Assembly (NCBI GenBank): GCA_040954595.2
Contig: CM082583.2
Span: 7,934,849 to 7,998,848, forward strand
Source of the DNA: Balanoglossus misakiensis
Lineage: Eukaryota; Animalia; Hemichordata
Reading direction: 5' to 3'
Length of the DNA stretch: 64,000 nt
The position numbers and the translations under genes were made by a program. Below the pieces are notes generated by a model that was given only the letters and a program-made list of their open reading frames with translations, did not search any database and had not been told where the DNA came from. Below, one piece after another: positions 58,401-64,000 of this stretch. Each line of letters begins with the position of its first letter. Position 1 is the first letter of the stretch.

Positions 58401-61400
58401 ATCACGTGGTGCCTGTTATCAATTTGATATTTTATTCTTCTGTCATCAGGCGATGCAGATTGCAAATATCGGCGGGAACAAATGGCCGTACCGATTGTTC
58501 TCACTTCTGGGTGATCGAAGTGGTATTCATCAACAGACAGCTGTCCAGCGTATTTGAAGAAAAAAACAAATTAAAGCATTAAATCATTAAAACTAACAAT
58601 GCGACCCTTTACATGCGACAACACACAGCTTTCGAACCGCGCCATTACAAAAATGAGAGAAAATGGAACATTTATAGGAATATCAAATTCACTACAGTTC
58701 AGTAAATGGTATAAATTGCTGTTTATATCTATTGATAACTGATATTTTTGGCAAGTGTCCAAAATCTGAGATCTGTTTTTGGGTGGTTCGAAATCAACCG
58801 AGACAATTGGTTTTGTCGTCTATATTTTTCTGCCAAGCCTTTCTTCTGGAATATTATTATGTATAGAATAAAATAAATCGCAAAAATACAAAAATATGCT
58901 CTCGGGGCGATCGAAAAAGCGGGCTCTTTCAAGTAGTGTTGCACACTGAGTACCCCTGGACATTGAGCGGCGGGATAAATAACGAAGAAAAATGGCGCCT
59001 CTTTTGACAATGCCGCGGACGCAGAAGTATTGGCACATTCTGTCGCTTCCAAAACAGATTAGGGATGTGTAAACGTATTGTTCTCTGGGTTTAACCTGTA
59101 TCATACATTTTGATCTGCGCGGTCTTTGGGTATTCACATTCTATTTCTATCGATCATTATTTTATGAAAATAGGCGACGTGAATAATCGGCACGGAGAGC
59201 TGTCCCATCCATCATGCACCACACCTCAGGACTCGCAGTTGATTGCACTATCCAACGATAGCTGCGCAAGTTTTTATCCTGTGCGACCATCATGTTATTA
59301 GGAAAATTATCTGAAAGCAACGGCAAGACCGATCAAGAAGACTACCCTCTATGGACTGTTCTCAAAATTGCTCATAATTATCGACCACCTGCATAAAAAT
59401 TCGCCATCTTAATGAAAATGTGCTTAAACTCAAATGCAAATGAAGGTGTGTTACTGTAGACTCCTATAGCGAAAACCGAATCACAAAATTGCGATGGAAG
59501 CAAAATAATACTCGTCTTTTAAATGAGGCAGAAACGCGGGAAATCGCCAGTGTCTCTGAACGATTTACGATTCTTTTTCTGGTTTTTAACTAATCTGAAT
59601 GAATTGACAACACGATTAACGATACCATTGCATAGGCATGATAGGCCGAGATAAAAGCAAAATGTCCTGTCGTGATGAATGTTCGCTCTGCAGGGATCTC
59701 GTTTGTAGTAATTCCACCGATGTTGAGAATCAAATTTTAATATCCCCTCTGTACTTCACTAAATCGACGAGATCATAAATTTATAAAAATGAAACAGAAG
59801 CATAGATAAAGGCATGAGACTGAACTTTCTCGCATTCCCAGTCGCTGGGAGGCACTCGCGCGAACTGTTATCCAAAGGCGCGATGTCTAGTACATGGACA
59901 GGACCTACAAAGCGCTTGCCAGACGACAGTCATGCAGTCAATGATTTTCTCGTGCAAATTTAACACGTGCTGTGGTCATGTGAGAAAAAGAGTCTCCCAC
60001 ACCAAGCACCTGGGATAAGATGTTTCACACCCGTTTCGGATATATTGTCACACGCCAGCCGCAGCCGCAGGCGAGTGTGGCGTTGTTAATCTCCAACTCG
60101 AGAGCGAGAAATCCAATCCCAGATTCTTTGGGGTGTAAGATTCCACCAGTCCCGCTGTTCTTGTCCATCACTCTGGTAGCCATTGTCATTGACATTTTTA
60201 TGTGTTAAAATGTCAGCATTCGTGGCCAACTGTCTAGACTTAGTTTTTTTGGTTCACAATAGACGAGCTAACGACAGCTGGTGCGACTTTAAGGACAGAA
60301 ACGGCAGCTGTGTGGCTTTCCCGAATGAAACGAGAAACAAACTTTCAGTCGGCCCGAAATCCAACATGGCAGTATTCCAGCAAGAAAGCACGATGAATTT
60401 ACTAATTTTTTGCAGTTTGTCGTATCATCCATATAAATGCATCTGTTTTCGACCTGACATGATTCCGGACAGCAAAAAGGTTTTACAGAACTACTCATAT
60501 GACAAGTGGCGGGGACACCAAACATTCCTTGTCGAAAAATCCCCGCAATTTCTTGAAAGAATGAATGCTACGATAGAAATATTCCTACGCTGCAGGCTTG
60601 TTGCCGCATGCGCCGTGCACAAGGCTATGAGGCGTGCCTAGTAAATTGTTAGGTTAATGCCCTTAGCAGATTGAATACCCACATGTGCAAAGTCCGGACC
60701 CATAATGTCAGAAACAAAAATGTCGTTCCAAACTAAACAATCGAATCGTCGACATCTACAGTCTACCGAGTTTGACAATCACTAATATTTATTAATATTT
60801 ATATTTGCGTGAACACGTTGCGCATTTCTTTCGAAATATGAATGGTTATCAAACAGGCTGATGATCCCCCGGTACACATTGAAACCTTGCAATATCGACT
60901 AAGCACACCCTGAGACTGGAAATATACGTTAAAAGTTGCGACAACTGGCAGGCATTATAAAGATGTCAGTAGCGAATACCATTGTATTGATGAACGGGAT
61001 AATTAAATTTGATGGCAGTATTTAATTTGCAGAGATTAGACTTCGAGGAGGTCGTTACTCTGATGAGAACGTATCGTGTTATCTCCGACCTTGACTTTGA
61101 CCTCGCCAGTTCACCGTTTGTGGGCCTGTTTAGTTACACCTGTACGTTACGAATTAAGTTTATTGTATATATTGATGTCGAACTTCACGAATAAAACAAA
61201 TTGAATTTACGAGGTGGCTCTCGTGGGCATTGAACAACACACTCCTTAAATTACAAACTGATTGAATTAAACATATCTCACGAAAAGGTAGTCACGCAAG
61301 GCTATACAGAATAATGATGATTTCAAGAAACAAGTCATTATCGATGACAAAGTCCCCACTGGCTTGCAATTAAAATATGTTGTCACGAACCTCACACGTT

Positions 61401-61884
61401 ACCTTCATTGAATCTAATATACTGCGAAATATAGCCAATATATTTTTACAATTAAGAGTACGATACAGCTCCATTAGCTGTAACGTTTCGCTATGTTTTC
61501 AGTGTTTTTGTACCGTGTATCTGGTGCAGTTTCTTGTTTGAATTCCAGATAGAAACATGATGAAATACCCATAGCTTATTAACACAACATATGTGTATAG
61601 TCAGTATTGTTATTGTGCAAAATTTGAATTCAGGTCCGGACTAGAATCCATTTGTTAACAATAACAATGGTCGTTACACGTGCTATGTTGACAAGTACTG
61701 GTAATACAATGTATTAATATGCTGTTTTGTATGCAGAAAGAACTTGCATTTGATACACAGAATGAAGACATTGGAAATAATGACAACAGTTAAAGCTAAT
61801 GTCCCTTTAAAGACTTAAATCAAACTTGAGTATACTTACATATCGGAGCCAGACGTTTGTTACCAGAACCTGATCCCTCTCGTT
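52486..61884 (-). CDS. Nicotinic acetylcholine receptor alpha subunit, alpha7-like (5' partial; signal-peptide exons lie beyond 64000)
   Basis: Exons 61884-61840 (45 nt), 58198-58089 (110), 54482-54229 (254), 54081-53887 (195), 53496-53413 (84), 53235-53126 (110), 52926-52486. Motifs: [10 protein letters not shown], Cys-loop [15 protein letters not shown], loop B WTFDG, vicinal-Cys loop [12 protein letters not shown]2 [17 protein letters not shown], pre-M4 [14 protein letters not shown]. Exon sizes 45/110/195/110 match the vertebrate alpha7 gene layout as recalled. Confidence 0.92.
54084..54128. repeat. (AAAC)n microsatellite abutting a nAChR 3' splice site
   Basis: About 11 AAAC units directly next to the acceptor at 54082-54083. 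Confidence 0.9.
54575..54623. repeat. (GAGT/GAAT)n low-complexity repeat
   Basis: GAGTGAATGGGTGAGTGAGTGAATGAGTGAAAGAATGAGTGAATGAGTGA. Confidence 0.7.
56637..56710. repeat. Short palindromic interspersed repeat, copy 2
   Basis: AGTCAGCATTGTTTTTG...GAATTCAAGTCCGGACTAGAATTC...AATAACAAAGG. Confidence 0.65.
61598..61670. repeat. Short palindromic interspersed repeat, copy 3
   Basis: AGTCAGTATTGTTATTGT...GAATTCAGGTCCGGACTAGAATCC...ACAATAACAATGG; 11-bp inverted arms around a GTCCGGAC centre. Confidence 0.65.
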
Positions 61885-62592
61885 CTGCAATACAAACAAA
61901 ATTTCTAACATTAGCGGCGAGGAATAACATTGAATACATATTATCAGTCGGAGTTGCGTAGGCCAAAGCCGTGACATCACCGTTATCGTACTGACTCACA
62001 CAAGTGCGATCAGAGACCGTCTTTTGTATGTGGCCATTCTGCCAGGTTTCAACATCTCAAAAATTCCACATCAATCTGGCTGCTAAATTGGCGAGATTTG
62101 CATTTGTCTAACCTTGTATAACATCCCGTAAAAATTCACACTGGGATTTATCTGTCGCTTGGCACGACCACATTCGACAAAAACAAGTAGGGTACTATAC
62201 ATGTACCATCTGCGTTTCCACTCACCAAAATCAGTCAGTTTACACTACATTGTATTATCAGCGCGTTAATGAATAATTTTGATCCGTTTTTTTGGTAGGG
62301 ACAGTTAGTTTATATTGACATGCGCTAAGAATTTTTTTTGTGGAGACAGTGTTCGGAAAATATTCGAAATTTGACTAGTGTTTGTCGCGGCTTATATAAT
62401 ATACTTAAAATCACACCAGATGCAGACATCTGTCACTTTCTCTGCCAAACTACATCGCTCAATTCTCACTTAAGGAGAAATTTGTGATGTGTGGTGTTTT
62501 GCTTGTAGAATACGCTTGTATATGTGACACGTAGATTACCTCTGACCCATTAGATTAAGCAACAAAATTAAACCCGTGTCGGGGTGTGTGTC

Positions 62593-62609
62593 TATCTCTC
62601 TCTGTCTGT

Positions 62610-62641
<32 letters not shown>
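62593..62641. repeat. Compound (TC)/(TGTC)/(TGCC)n microsatellite
   Basis: TCTCTCTCTGTCTGTCTGCCTGCCTGCC... run. Confidence 0.85.
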
Positions 62642-62642
<1 letters not shown>

Positions 62643-64000
62643 ACTGTGCAATATCGGAGTGATCAGTGAACAGTAACTTCCATCTTAAAAATGTCAGCAC
62701 ACTTAATTAAACCTTCAGGTTGACAACCCCATCCGTTTATCGGGAAATGGAACAGGCCCACTTAATTGATCCGCGCACTTCATGCATAACAATGTCTTAT
62801 TTTCGTTTTGAATTGTACGTTTAATATAAAACACCAGTTGTTTTTTTCTGGATCGGCTCAAAGCTCAGAGAGACCGACTGATCTTTTCCGGCTGCAGTAA
62901 AAATCTATAGTTGGGTCTGTCCACGTTTAGTGATATCTGGGCTTAGGCTAGCTTCATTCATGTTATGTGCGTAAAATTAGGGTAAAATGTGTTTTTTGTG
63001 TGCGTGGCAAATATTTCAACAGAATACATTTAAAATTAGATGAATTTGAATAAACTTCGTTTCCTATTTAAGTTAAATGAAAAGATTGATTTTCCTTAAA
63101 TTCGACTCGTTTGACTTGCCGTTGTATCCAGACAAACATTGATTAATTCTTGATGTAATATCCAATCTCAAACCATTACCTAATGATGTTAGAGACCTAA
63201 CTGTGATCAGTTGCCCTTACTTGTGTTCATTTGCGGTTGAAAGATAACGTTAGTTTATTTGGGGGCCAATTCAATCACCTGTACGTTCTTTGCATGTGAA
63301 GCAATCAGTGGCTGCACTAATTAGAATCTCCAAACTATTCCAAAGTCATCATTGTATTAATTAAGATGGCAAAATTTATAGACAGTGTTTATTTTAGCAA
63401 ATGTCTGCATGCTGTATGTAGATGGGCACGCTTCTCGTTAATAAAAAATTGTCCAATCCCTAGAAAAAAAAATATGAAGCTCCCCAAGCTGCACATGCGT
63501 CGTGGACCAACACGTGTTTTCAAGGTTCAATTTTGACAAGTTAGACTGAGAAAATCAAGATGCCTTATTTCAAGGATAATTTAAATGCTTGCCAACTCCG
63601 GACAACGTGCAGTATTTCGCAACTTGAAATTTCTCCATCGTGGCAAGGGTGTGCGACAATCATCTGCCAAAGGACATATAGAAGAGATCCACGTTGTCCC
63701 GACCTCTGCATAAATCACGTGACCACTAAAAGGTCAGAGCCGCTCGTAAAGGTAAATGCTGTAATCGTTGACGCTGTAAATCCCCGGTTGCCATTCAAGC
63801 TCTAATAAGTATGGATTATATTAATTTCTCGTTTTCTTGTCGGTTGTAAGGACTGGTTAATTGACTGCCAACTCCCTCAGGCGGCCAATCACCAACACCT
63901 GTGCACACAGCCCATGGGCATACAACACACACTGTTGCTCACTGAAGTCAAATGTATGCCTGGGTATATGTACGCGTTGTCACATTTGTAAGCGATATGG

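Noticed and set aside
60183-60641. 152-aa ORF antisense within a nAChR intron
   Set aside because: No motif and no sign of a transposase or reverse transcriptase.

Overview
Eukaryotic, intron-rich, AT-rich DNA, most consistent with an invertebrate deuterostome (hemichordate, echinoderm or amphioxus-like; the species cannot be fixed from sequence alone). Seven protein-coding genes were reconstructed by hand from splice sites and motifs. In order: the first coding exon of a Trk-like LRR receptor (-, continues off the left edge), CSK (-), a monofunctional secreted PHM (+), DNAAF4/DYX1C1 (-), STOML2 (+), an intronless cytosolic sulfotransferase (-) and an alpha7-like nicotinic receptor subunit (-, 5' exons beyond the right edge). 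Most ORF-track entries are intron or antisense noise. No prokaryotic-type system, CRISPR array or rRNA was seen. The strongest observations are: a U12-type (minor spliceosome) intron in DNAAF4 that is 150 nt and stop-free in frame; a 205-bp MITE with 32-bp perfect TIRs, an 8-bp TSD, head-to-head telomeric repeats and X-box-like motifs beside the DNAAF4/STOML2 bidirectional promoter; a CSK with a BTK-C481-type cysteine and a Leu gatekeeper; clusters of RFX X-box and CRE motifs; and gene content matching one vertebrate paralogon. All exon models and homology calls come from manual reading and recall, with no database search.
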